A stretch of DNA of 60,491 bases, counting the filler, from Nemertoderma westbladi (Eukaryota; Animalia; Xenacoelomorpha), in NCBI GenBank assembly GCA_032718475.1. It is 3 parts of 3 records of this genome, joined end to end, with 100 filler letters (N's around TTAATTAATTAA, not from the genome) between each part and the next. Parts side by side here need not be neighbours in the genome. Positions count along the whole stretch, not along the records: positions 1 to 28,298 come from JAUCBJ010003742.1; 2 more parts are not named here. One strand, 5' to 3'. The position numbers and the translations under genes are program-made. Positions 13,290 to 25,261 of the stretch are shown piece by piece. The stretch's first letter is position 1; every line of letters starts with the position of its first letter. A model generated the notes under the pieces. The model did no database searches. It was not told the DNA's origin and worked only from the letters and a program-made list of their open reading frames with translations.

Positions 13290-13432
13290 TCAATGGAGCG
13301 GGTCTCGCTATGGCAACAATGGATATCATCAAACTTCACAACGGAACTCCGGCGAATTTCTTAGATATCGGTGGAGGAGCTACGGCCGAACAAGTTAGAG
13401 AAGCGTTCGCTTTAATAACGTCCGACGAAAAG
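13290..13432 (+). CDS. SUCLA2: Succinyl-CoA ligase beta subunit, internal exon
   Basis: My translation: [48 protein letters not shown]; TAG acceptor and AAG|GTTAGT donor. Confidence 0.93.
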
Positions 13433-13450
13433 GTTAGTTAACCTAAAGCC

Positions 13451-16400
13451 CGGGAGATCTTGGGGTGTTAGTGGCATTAGACGGAATGGTTAGTTAACTA
13501 CGGGAGATCTTGGGGTGTTAGTGGCATTAGACGGAATGGTTAGTTAACTACGGGAGATCTTGGGGTGTTAGTGGCATTAGATGGGATGGTTAGTTACTAC
13601 GGGAGATCTTGGGGTGTTAGTGGCATTAGACGGAATGGTTAGTTAACTATACGGGAGATGTTGGGGTGTTAGTGGCAATAGATGGGATGGTTAGTTACTA
13701 CGGGAGATCTTGGGGTGTTAGTGGCATTAGACGGAATGGTTAGTTAACTATACGGGAGATATTGGGGTGTTAGTGGCATTAGACGGAATGGTTAGTTACT
13801 ACGGGAGATCTTGGGGTGTTAGTGGCATTAGACGGAATGGTTAGTTAACTACGGGAGATCTTGGGGTGTTAGTGGCATTAGACGGAATGGTTAGTTACTA
13901 CGGGAGATCTTGGGGTGTTAGTGGCATTAGACGGAATGGTTAGTTAACTACGGGATATATTGGGGTGTTAGTGGCATTAGACGGAATGGTTAGTTAACTA
14001 CGGGAGATCTTGGGGTGTTAGTGGCATTAGACGGAATGGTTAGTTAACTACGGGAGATCTTGGGGTGTTAGTGGCATTAGACGGAATGGTTAGTTAACTA
14101 TACGGGAGATATTGGGGTGTTAGTGGCATTAGACGGAATGGTTAGTTACTACGGGAGATCTTGGGGTGTTAGTGGCATTAGACGGAATGGTTAGTTAACT
14201 ACGGGAGATCTTGGGGTGTTAGTGGCATTAGACGGAATGGTTAGTTACTACGGGAGATCTTGGGGTGTTAGTGGCATTAGACGGAATGGTTAGTTAACTA
14301 CGGGATATATTGGGGTGTTAGTGGCATTAGACGGAATGGTTAGTTAACTACGGGAGATCTTGGGGTGTTAGTGGCATTAGACGGAATGGTTAGTTAACTA
14401 CGGGAGATCTTGGGGTGTTAGTGGCATTAGACGGAATGGTTAGTTAACTATACGGGAGATATTGGGGTGTTAGTGGCATTAGACGGAATGGTTAGTTACT
14501 ACGGGAGATCTTGGGGTGTTAGTGGCATTAGGCGGAATGGTTAGTTAACTACGGGAGATCTTGGGGTGTTAGTGGCATTAGACGGAATGGTTAATTAACT
14601 ATACGGGAGATATTGGGGTGTTAGTGGCATTAGACGGAATGGTTAGTTACTACGGGAGATCTTGGGGTGTTAGTGGCATTAGACGGAATGGTTAGTTAAC
14701 TACGGGAGATCTTGGGGTGTTAGTGGCATTAGACGGAATGGTTAGTTAACTACGGGAGATCTTGGGGTGTTAGTGGCATTAGACGGAATGGTTAGTTAAC
14801 TATACGGGAGATATTGGGGTGTTAGTGGCATTAGACGGAATGGTTAGTTACTACGGGAGATCTTGGGGTGTTAGTGGCATTAGACGGAATGGTTAGTTAA
14901 CTACGGGAGATCTTGGGGTGTTAGTGGCATTAGACGGAATGGTTAGTTAACTATACGGGAGATATTGGGGTGTTAGTGGCATTAGACGGAATGGTTAGTT
15001 ACTACGGGAGATATTGGGGTGTTAGTGGCATTAGACGGAATGGTTAGTTATCTACGGGAGATCTTGGGGTGTTAGTGGCATTAGACGGAATGGTTAGTTA
15101 ACTACGGGAGATCTTGGGGTGTTAGTGGCATTAGACGGAATGGTTAGTTAACTACGGGAGATCTTGGGGTGTTAGTGGCATTAGACGGAATGGTTAGTTA
15201 ACTATACGGGAGATATTGGGGTGTTAGTGGCATTAGACGGAATGGTTAGTTACTACGGGAGATCTTGGGGTGTTAGTGGCGTTAGACGGAATGGTTAGTT
15301 AACTACGGGAGATCTTGGGGTGTTAGTGGCATTAGATGGGATGGTTAGTTAACTACGGGAGATCTTGGGGTGTTAGTGGCATTAGACGGAATGGTTAGTT
15401 AACTATACGGGAGATATTGGGGTGTTAGTGGCATTAGACGGAATGGTTAGTTACTACGGGAGATCTTGGGGTGTTAGTGGCGTTAGACGGAATGGTTAGT
15501 TAACTATACGGGAGATATTGGGGTGTTAGTGGCATTAGACGGAATGGTTAGTTACTACGGGAGATCTTGGGGTGTTAGTGGCATTAGACGGAATGGTTAG
15601 TTAACTATACGGGAGATATTGGGGTGTTAGTGGCATTAGACGGAATGGTTAGTTATCTACGGGAGATCTTGGGGTGTTAGTGGCATTATACGGAATGGTT
15701 AGTTAACTACGGGAGATCTTGGGGTGTTAGTGGCATTAGACGGAATGGTTAGTTAACTATACGGGAGATATTGGGGTGTTAGTGGCATTAGACGGAATGG
15801 TTAGTTACTACGGGAGATCTTGGGGTGTTAGTGGCGTTAGACGGAATGGTTAGTTAACTACGGGATATATTGGGGTGTTAGTGGCATTAGACGGAATGGT
15901 TAGTTACTACGGGAGATCTTGGGGTGTTAGTGGCATTAGACGGAATGGTTAGTTAACTACGGGAGATCTTGGGGTGTTAGTGGCATTAGACGGAATGGTT
16001 AGTTAACTACGGGAGATATTTGGGTGTTAGTGGCATTAGACGGAATGGTTAGTTAACTACGGGAGATATTGGGGTGTTAGTGGCATTAGACGGAATGGTT
16101 AGTTAACTACGGGATATATTGGGGTGTTAGTGGCATTAGACGGAATGGTTAGTTAACTACGAGAGATCTTGGGGTGTTAGTGGCATTAGACGGAATGGTT
16201 AGTTAACTACGGGAGATATTTGGGTGTTAGTGGCATTAGACGGAATGGTTAGTTAACTACGGGAGATATTGGGGTGTTAGTGGCATTAGACGGAATGGTT
16301 AGTTAACTATACGGGAGATATTGGGGTGTTAGTGGCATTAGACGGAATGGTTAGTTAACTGCGGGAGATATTGGGGTGTTAGTGGCATTAGATGGGATGG

Positions 16401-19400
16401 TTAGTTAACTATACGGGAGATATTGGGGTGTTAGTTGCATTAGACGGAATGGTTAGTTAACTACGGGAGATCTTGGGGTGTTAGTGGCATTAGACGGAAT
16501 GGTTAGTTAACTACGGGAGATATTGGGGTGTTAGTGGCATTAGACGGAATGGTTAGTTAACTACGGGATATATTGGGGTGTTAGTGGCATTAGGCGGAAT
16601 GGTTAGTTAACTACGGGAGATATTGGGGTGTTAGTGGCATTAGACGGAATGGTTAGTTAACTACGGGAGATATTGGGGTGTTAGTGGCATTAGACGGAAT
16701 GGTTAGTTAACTATACGGGCGATATTGGGGTGTTAGTGGCATTAGATGGGATGGTTAGTTAACTATACGGGAGATATTGGGGTGTTAGTGGCATTAGATG
16801 GGATGGTTAGTTAACTATTACGGGAGATATTGGGGTGTTAGTGGCATTAGATGGGATGGTTAGTTAACTATTACGGGAGATATTGGGGTGTTAGTGGCAT
16901 TAGACGGAATGGTTAGTTACTACGGGAGATATTGGGGTGTTAGTGGCATTAGACGGAATGGTTAGTTAACTACGGGAGATCTTGGGGTGTTAGTGGCATT
17001 AGACGGAATGGTTAGTTAACTACGGGAGATCTTGGGGTGTTAGTGGCATTAGACGGAATGGTTAGTTAACTATACGGGAGATATTGGGGTGTTAGTGGCA
17101 TTAGACGGATTGGTTAGTTAACTATACGGGAGATATTGGGGTGTTAGTGGCATTAGATGGGATGGTTAGTTAACTACGGGAGATCTTGGGGTGTTAGTGG
17201 CATTAGACGGAATGGTTAGTTAACTATACGGGAGATATTGGGGTGTTAGTGGCATTAGACGGAATGGTTAGTTAACTATACGGGAGATCTTGGGGTGTTA
17301 GTGGCATTAGACGGAATGGTTAGTTAACTACGGGAGATCTTGGGGTGTTAGTGGCATTAGACGGAATGGTTAGTTAACTACGGGAGATCTTGGGGTGTTA
17401 GTGGCATTAGACGGAATGGTTAGTTAACTATACGGGAGATATTGGGGTGTTAGTGGCATTAGACGGAATGGTTAGTTAACTATACGGGAGATATTGGGGT
17501 GTTAGTGGCATTAGACGGAATGGTTAGTTAACTATACGGGAGATCTTGGGGTGTTAGTGGCATTAGACGGAATGGTTAGTTAACTACGGGAGATCTTGGG
17601 GTGTTAGTGGCATTAGACGGAATGGTTAGTTAACTACGGGAGGTCTTGGGGTGTTAGTGGCATTAGACGGAATGGTTAGTTAACTATACGGGAGATATTG
17701 GGGTGTTAGTGGCATTAGACGGAATGGTTAGTTAACTATACGGGAGATCTTGGGGTGTTAGTGGCATTAGACGGAATGGTTAGTTAACTACGGGGGATCT
17801 TGGGGTGTTAGTGGCATTAGACGGAATGGTTAGTTAACTACGGGAGATCTTGGGGTGTTAGTGGCATTAGACGGAATGGTTAGTTAACTATACGGGAGAT
17901 ATTGGGGTGTTAGTGGCATTAGACGGAATGGTTAGTTAACTACACGGGAGATCTTGGGGTGTTAGTGGCATTAGACGGAATGGTTAGTTAACTACGGGAG
18001 ATCTTGGGGTGTTAGTGGCATTAGACGGAATGGTTAGTTAACTATGCGGGAGATATTGGGGTGTTAGTGGCATTAGACGGAATGGTTAGTTAACTACGGG
18101 AGATCTTGGGGTGTTAGTGGCATTAGACGGAATGGTTAGTTAACTATGGGAGATCTTGGGGTGTTACTGGCATTAGACGGAATGGTTAGTTAACTATACG
18201 GGAGATATTGGGGTGTTAGTGGCATTAGATGGGATGGTTAGTTAACTATACGGGATAAATTGGGGTGTTAGTGGCATTAGACGGAATGGTTAGTTAACTA
18301 CGGGATATATTGGGGTGTTAGTGGCATTAGACGGAATGGTTAGTTACTACGGGAGATATTGGGGTGTTAGTGGCATTAGACGGAATGGTTAGTTAACTAC
18401 GGGATATATTGGGGTGTTAGTGGCATTAGACGGAATGGTTAGTTACTATGGGAGATCTTGGGGTGTTAGTGGCATTAGACGGAATGGTTAGTTAACTACG
18501 GGAGATCTTGGGGTGTTAGTGGCATTAGACGGAATGGTTAGTTAACTATACGGGAGATATTGGGGTGTTAGTGGCATTAGATGGGATGGTTAGTTAACTA
18601 TACGGGAGAAATTGGGGTGTTAGTGGCATTAGACGGAATGGTTAGTTAACTACGGGATATATTGGGGTGTTAGTGGCATTAGACGGAATGGTTAGTTACT
18701 GCGGGAGATATTGGGGTGTTAGTGGCATTAGACGGAATGGTTAGTTAACTACGGGATATATTGGGGTGTTAGTGGCATTAGACGGAATGGTTAGTTACTA
18801 CGGGAGATATTGGGGTGTTAGTGGCATTAGACGGAATGGTTAGTTAACTATACGGGAGATATTGGGGTGTTAGTGGCATTAGACGGAATGGTTAGTTAAC
18901 TATACGGGAGATATTTGGGTGTTAGTGGCATTAGATGGGATGGTTAGTTAACTATACGGGAGAAATTGGGGTGTTAGTGGCATTAGACGGAATGGTTAGT
19001 TAACTACGGGATATATTGGGGTGTTAGTGGCATTAGACGGAATGGTTAGTTACTACGGGAGATATTGGGGTGTTAGTGGCATTAGACGGAATGGTTAGTT
19101 AACTATACGGGAGATCTTGGGGTGTTAGTGGCATTAGACGGAATGGTTAGTTAACTACGGGGGATCTTGGGGTGTTAGTGGCATTAGACGGAATGGTTAG
19201 TTTACTACGGGAGATCTTGGGGTGTTAGTGGCATTAGACGGAATGGTTAGTTAACTATACGGGAGATATTGGGGTGTTAGTGGCATTAGACGGAATGGTT
19301 AGTTAACTACGGGAGATCTTGGGGTGTTAGTGGCATTAGACGGAATGGTTAGTTAACTATACGGGAGATATTGGGGTGTTAGTGGCATTAGACGGAATGG

Positions 19401-21308
19401 TTAGTTACTACGGGAGATCTTGGGGTGTTAGTGGCATTAGACGGAATGGTTAGTTAACTACGGGAGATCTTGGGGTGTTAGTGGCATTAGACGGAATGGT
19501 TAGTTAACTATACGGGAGATATTTGGGTGTTAGTGGCATTAGATGGGATGGTTAGTTAACTATACGGGAGAAATTGGGATGTTAGTGGCATTAGACGGAA
19601 TGGTTAGTTAACTACGGGAGATATTGGGGTGTTAGTGGCATTAGACGGAATGGTTAGTTACTACGGGAGATATTGGGGTGTTAGTGGCATTAGACGGAAT
19701 GGTTAGTTAACTACGGGATATATTGGGGTGTTAGTGGCATTAGACGGAATGGTTAGTTACTACGGGAGATCTTGGGGTGTTAGTGGCATTAGACGGAATG
19801 GTTAGTTAACTACGGGAGATCTTGGGGTGTTAGTGGCATTAGACGGAATGGTTAGTTAACTATACGGGAGATATTTGGGTGTTAGTGGCATTAGATGGGA
19901 TGGTTAGTTAACTATACGGGAGAAATTGGGGTGTTAGTGGCATTAGACGGAATGGTTAGTTAACTACGGGAGATCTTGGGGTGTTAGTGGCATTAGACGG
20001 AATGGTTAGTTAACTACGGGAGATATTGGGGTGTTAGTGGCATTAGACGGAATGGTTAGTTAACTACACGGGAGATCTTGGGGTGTTAGTGGCATTAGAC
20101 GGAATGGTTAGTTAACTACGGGAGATCTTGGGGTGTTAGTGGCATTAGACGGAATGGTTAGTTAACTATGCGGGAGATATTGGGGTGTTAGTGGCATTAG
20201 ACGGAATGGTTAGTTAACTACGGGAGATCTTGGGGTGTTAGTGGCATTAGACGGAATGGTTAGTTAACTATGGGAGATCTTGGGGTGTTACTGGCATTAG
20301 ACGGAATGGTTAGTTAACTATACGGGAGATATTGGGGTGTTAGTGGCATTAGATGGGATGGTTAGTTAACTATACGGGATAAATTGGGGTGTTAGTGGCA
20401 TTAGACGGAATGGTTAGTTAACTACGGGATATATTGGGGTGTTAGTGGCATTAGACGGAATGGTTAGTTACTACGGGAGATATTGGGGTGTTAGTGGCAT
20501 TAGACGGAATGGTTAGTTAACTACGGGATATATTGGGGTGTTAGTGGCATTAGACGGAATGGTTAGTTACTATGGGAGATCTTGGGGTGTTAGTGGCATT
20601 AGACGGAATGGTTAGTTAACTACGGGAGATCTTGGGGTGTTAGTGGCATTAGACGGAATGGTTAGTTAACTATACGGGAGATATTGGGGTGTTAGTGGCA
20701 TTAGATGGGATGGTTAGTTAACTATACGGGAGAAATTGGGGTGTTAGTGGCATTAGACGGAATGGTTAGTTAACTACGGGATATATTGGGGTGTTAGTGG
20801 CATTAGACGGAATGGTTAGTTACTGCGGGAGATATTGGGGTGTTAGTGGCATTAGACGGAATGGTTAGTTAACTACGGGATATATTGGGGTGTTAGTGGC
20901 ATTAGACGGAATGGTTAGTTACTACGGGAGATATTGGGGTGTTAGTGGCATTAGACGGAATGGTTAGTTAACTACGGGAGATATTGGGGTGTTAGTGGCA
21001 TTAGACGGAATGGTTAGTTAACTATACGGGAGATATTTGGGTGTTAGTGGCATTAGATGGGATGGTTAGTTAACTATACGGGAGAAATTGGGGTGTTAGT
21101 GGCATTAGACGGAATGGTTAGTTAACTACGGGATATATTGGGGTGTTAGTGGCATTAGACGGAATGGTTAGTTACTACGGGAGATATTGGGGTGTTAGTG
21201 GCATTAGACGGAATGGTTAGTTAACTATACGGGAGATCTTGGGGTGTTAGTGGCATTAGACGGAATGGTTAGTTAACTACGGGGGATCTTGGGGTGTTAG
21301 TGGCATTA
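13451..21308. repeat. ~50-bp satellite array, about 155 copies
   Basis: Consensus CGGGAGATCTTGGGGTGTTAGTGGCATTAGACGGAATGGTTAGTTAACTA, with 49/50/52-bp variants and no unique spacers. Confidence 0.98.
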
Positions 21309-21309
21309 T

Positions 21310-21610
21310 ATCCATTTTTCATGAGTGCCAGCTGGTGTTTTTATCATTGCGGCTATGGCGTTTTTTCGTTTATGTCTATTTTTCGAGCCCACGGCTCATG
21401 GACGAAATAGCGGAACATACAAGGGACCTTAGAATCGCCGTATCTAGCCGCCGTGAAAATTTCATCAAAATCGTTAGAGTAGTTTTGGCTGTAGATCAGT
21501 CAGCCAGCCAGCCAGCCAGCCAGTCTCGAGCAATTCTTACAGTAATGAACCTCTCGGTTCCTAACTAGTGACGGGCCTAGCGGCCCGATAAGGAACCGAC
21601 TTTTTATTTT
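21310..21610. mobile_element. Helitron/Helentron-associated (HINE-like) element end, copy 1
   Basis: AAAATTTCATCAAAATCG core, (CAGC)n microsatellite, nested hairpin TCGGTTCCT..CTAG..CGGGCC-TAGC-GGCCCG..AGGAACCGA, then a T-run. Repeated at ~23390-23700. Confidence 0.6.
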
Positions 21611-21877
21611 ATTAAATAAAAGAGACACCGAGAATTAGTATAGAACTAATAATTATCTAAAAATACAATCATATTTCATACAATAATTATTAATAAATTC
21701 GATCTATTATTAGTTTCTCAATTCTAGAACAAAATCGACCTGCAACTAGTGAAGACCTCGTTTTAGAATTTCGAAACCACGCTGGTGCGATGCGCGATAT
21801 CGTGTTTAGTTAATAAATTGAAAACTCCATCAATTCATGTGCAATCAGTAATAAGAAATCGCTATAAATGTAATTAA

Positions 21878-23078
21878 ATAAAAATTATTCTAGAAAAATT
21901 TTCCTCAAAAAATATGAAATCTTGGCATTGGTGACGCGAAACTAGGCTAGTGAGATTCAGGATATTGCGTTTAATATAAAAATCGAAAACGCTATCGAAT
22001 TCCGTAAAGGCGTTAATAAAATACTGCAACTTTTTTGAAATTTGTAAAATTCTAGAACTAGAAAAAAATAATTTTTGGACGGCGCTGTTTGGGGTTTCGA
22101 AACATGGATAGGCTGAAAGAGGACATCGAATTAAGTTGAAAAATGAAAACCCCATCGAATTTGGACAAAGCGTTCCGGAGTTATAGCGGATCGAAAAAAA
22201 TTGACCCCCCCCAGTCGCCAAAAATTTACAGTAATTTAAAATTTTGTAAAAAAAATTTTTTGCGTTATTTTTGATGGCGAATCGATTGGCAGTACTGGCT
22301 ACGAAAAATTTTTTTTTTAATTTTTGGTCAGAAAAAAAAACATCGAAAAAGTATATTTTTAAAAAGATTTGATGTCTTTGCCTATGGTCAGAGAATGATC
22401 CAACTCTGTACTTGGCAATCGCTCAAATCCATTCAGCTGAATGGCACAGTAGAGTAAACTAAAGTATATTTCATACAATAATTATTAATAAATTATTCTA
22501 GAAAAATGTTCCTCAAAAAGTATGAAGTCTTGGCATTGGTGACGCGAAACTAGGCTAGTGAGATTCAGGATATTGCGTTTAATATAAAAATCGAAAACGC
22601 TATCGAATTCCGTAAAGGCGTTAATAAAATACTGCAACTTTTTTGAAATTTGTAAAATTCTAGAACTAGAAAAAATTAATTTTTGAACGGCGCTGTTTGG
22701 GGTTTCGAAACATGGATAGGCTGAAAGAGGACATCGAATTAAGTTGAAAAATAAAAACCCCATCGAATTTGGACAAAGCGTTCCGGAGTTATAGCGGATC
22801 GAAAAAAATTGACCCCCCCCAGTCGCCAAAAATTTACAGTAATTTAAAATTTTGCAAAAAAAATTTTTTGCGTTATTTTTGATGGCAAATCGATTGACAG
22901 TACTGGCTATGAAAAAATCTTTTTGAAATTTTTGGTCAGAAAAAAAACATGGAAAAAGTATCTTTTTAAAAAGATTTGCTGTCTTTGCCTATGGTCAGAG
23001 AATGATCCAACTCTGTTACTTGGCAATCGCTCAAATCCATTCAGCTGAATGGCACAGTAGAGTAAACTAAAGTATATT
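21878..23078. repeat. ~610-bp tandem duplication (probable TE interior)
   Basis: ~21878-22470 is nearly identical to ~22488-23078; the ORF track shows twin spurious ORFs. Confidence 0.9.
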
Positions 23079-23389
23079 CCCTATACAATGTTCTGAAGGG
23101 GAGACTGACAGAGAGTCCAACAATAAAACATTTTGCAAAAATGTTGACATTAATGTAGCCAACTCACTGTGTACTTAAGTCATTCAGCTTACATTAGCAG
23201 AGGGAGATATTCCCATAGAGTGCGCATTGGGAAGAGTAATTCAGCTGAGGCAATAATAGATTTCAAACTAAACCAACCAGTTAACAGAGTGTCCTAAGGC
23301 CTAAACAAACAGTATTGGTGTACTAAGTGAATAATCTTGGCAACCTCATCGATTTATACTAAGCCTTGTGTAGAAATCCATTACGTAAG

Positions 23390-23700
23390 CCATTTTTCAT
23401 CACGACACCAGCTGTTATTGGTGATATTTTACCATTGCGCCTATGGCGTTTTTTCGTTTATGTCTATTTTTCGAGCCCACGGCTCATGGACGAAATAGCG
23501 GAACATATCAGGGACCTTAGAATCGCGGTATCCAGCCGCTGTGAAAATTTCATCAAAATCGTTAGAGTAGTTTTGGCTATAGATTAGCCAGCCAGCCAGT
23601 CAATCAATCAGCCAACAATTCTTACAGTAATGAACCTCTCGGTTCCTAACTAGTGACGGGCCTAGCGGCCCGATAAGGAACCGACTTTTTATTTCAAATA
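23390..23700. mobile_element. HINE-like element end, copy 2
   Basis: Near-identical to 21310-21610, including the hairpin at 23639-23683. Confidence 0.6.
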
Positions 23701-23711
23701 AAAGAGACAAT

Positions 23712-24795
23712 GAGCTCGGCTCAGTCTGGCACGATTGGGCTCGATTCAGTTCGACTTGGCTTGATCGGCTCGGTTTGGCTCGATTGGGCTAGACCCGGCT
23801 TGATTGGCCTCGACTTGACACATCTCGATTCGGCTCAATCGGCTTGATTGGGTTCGACTCGGCTCGGTCCGGCTCGACTTCGCTCAAATTGGCTCGATTG
23901 GGCTCGACTCGGCTCAGTTGGGCTCGAATCGGCTCGATTGGGATTGATTGGGCTTGACTCGGCTTGATTTGGCTCAACTTGGCTCAGTCCGGCTCGATTG
24001 GGCTCGACTTAGGCTTGATTGGGCTCAACTCGGCTCTATTGGGCTCGACTCGATTTGATTGGGCTCGACTCGGCTTGATTGGGCTCGACTCGACTCAGTC
24101 CGGCTCAATTTGGCGTGACACGGCTCAATTGGGCTCGGCTCGGCTCGGTCTGAGTCGACTCAGCTAGATTCGGCTCAATCGGCTCGATTGGGTTCGACTC
24201 GGCTCGGTCTGGCTCGACTTGGGCTCAATCCGCTCGACTCGGCTCGATTGGGATTGATTGGGCTTGACTCGGGTCGATTTGTCTCAACTTGGCTCAGTCT
24301 GGCTCGATTGGGCTCGACTTGGCTCGGTCCGGCTCAATTAGGCTCGACTAGGATTGATTGGGCTCGACTCGGCTCTATTGGGCTCGACTCGACTCGATTG
24401 GCCTTGCCTCGCCTCAGTCTGGCTCGACTAGGCTTGATTGGGCTCAACTCGGCTCCGTTCGGCTTGACTCGGCTCAATTGTGCTCGACTCGGCTTGATCG
24501 CCTCGATTGGTTCTATTCGGCTCGATCAGTATGATTCTTCTCGATTGACACACGCTGCTGGAAGGGTCAAAGCCAAACTCACGTGCTGCTCGAAGGGACA
24601 AAATCAAACAGTGTGTCTATTATTTGATGTAACTCACGTGCTGCTCGAAGGGCGCAACATCATATATCAAGCGTCAAAGCAAAACTCATGTGCTGCTAGA
24701 AGGGACAAAGTCAAACATTGTGTCTAATATTTGATTAACTCACGTGCTGCTCGAAGGGCGCAACTACATATATCGAAACAAGCCCCTGTCTTGTA
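23712..24795. repeat. Composite repeat, copy 1: degenerate (GCTCG/GATTG) pentamer satellite plus CACGTGCTGCTCGAAGGG subrepeats
   Basis: Same start (GAGCTCGGCTC) and end (AACAAGCCCCTGTCTTG) as 25262-27384. Confidence 0.85.
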
Positions 24796-25074
24796 TTTTA
24801 ATAATAATATAATAATATATTATTATTGTTTATTCCGGGCTAAGCAACGCCCATATTACAATGCAGGAGATAAATTGCACAATGCACCACACGTGAATAT
24901 TAAAAAGAAAAATAGTTATTATTGTTGTATAATATAAATTAATGAAAGTGTATTACAAAAAGAAAGATTAAATATTGTGATTTAATTGACGTTAAATTCT
25001 GCGATAGGTAGCAAAGAGTTCTGAGGTATCAAGGGTATTATAATAAACTGCACGGGTAATGTATGACGGTGAAT

Positions 25075-25240
25075 TCATGACTCGATAAATAAACTGTGAG
25101 TTGAAAAACGCCTAATGTGTAAAGGGGAGTTAATACGTAGATTGGTACGCATACCACTGGCACTGCAATCATATGGGAAACCAAATAATTTTCTAACAGC
25201 ATTATTATAAGCCACCGTTAGTTTAGTTAAGATCGAATTG
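25075..25240 (-). pseudogene. Non-LTR retrotransposon ORF2 C-terminal fragment
   Basis: LTKLTVAYNNAVRKLFGFPYDCSASGM resembles the post-RT region of LINE ORF2. Confidence 0.5.
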
Positions 25241-25261
25241 AGAAAATATTTATCGCACCAA

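Noticed and set aside
13451-21308. CRISPR-like array
   Set aside because: Head-to-tail repeats with no unique spacers, no cas genes, and a eukaryotic intron context.
21874-22829. Twin 115/114-aa ORFs as paralogous genes
   Set aside because: Non-ATG starts, low complexity, and inside a tandemly duplicated TE-like segment.
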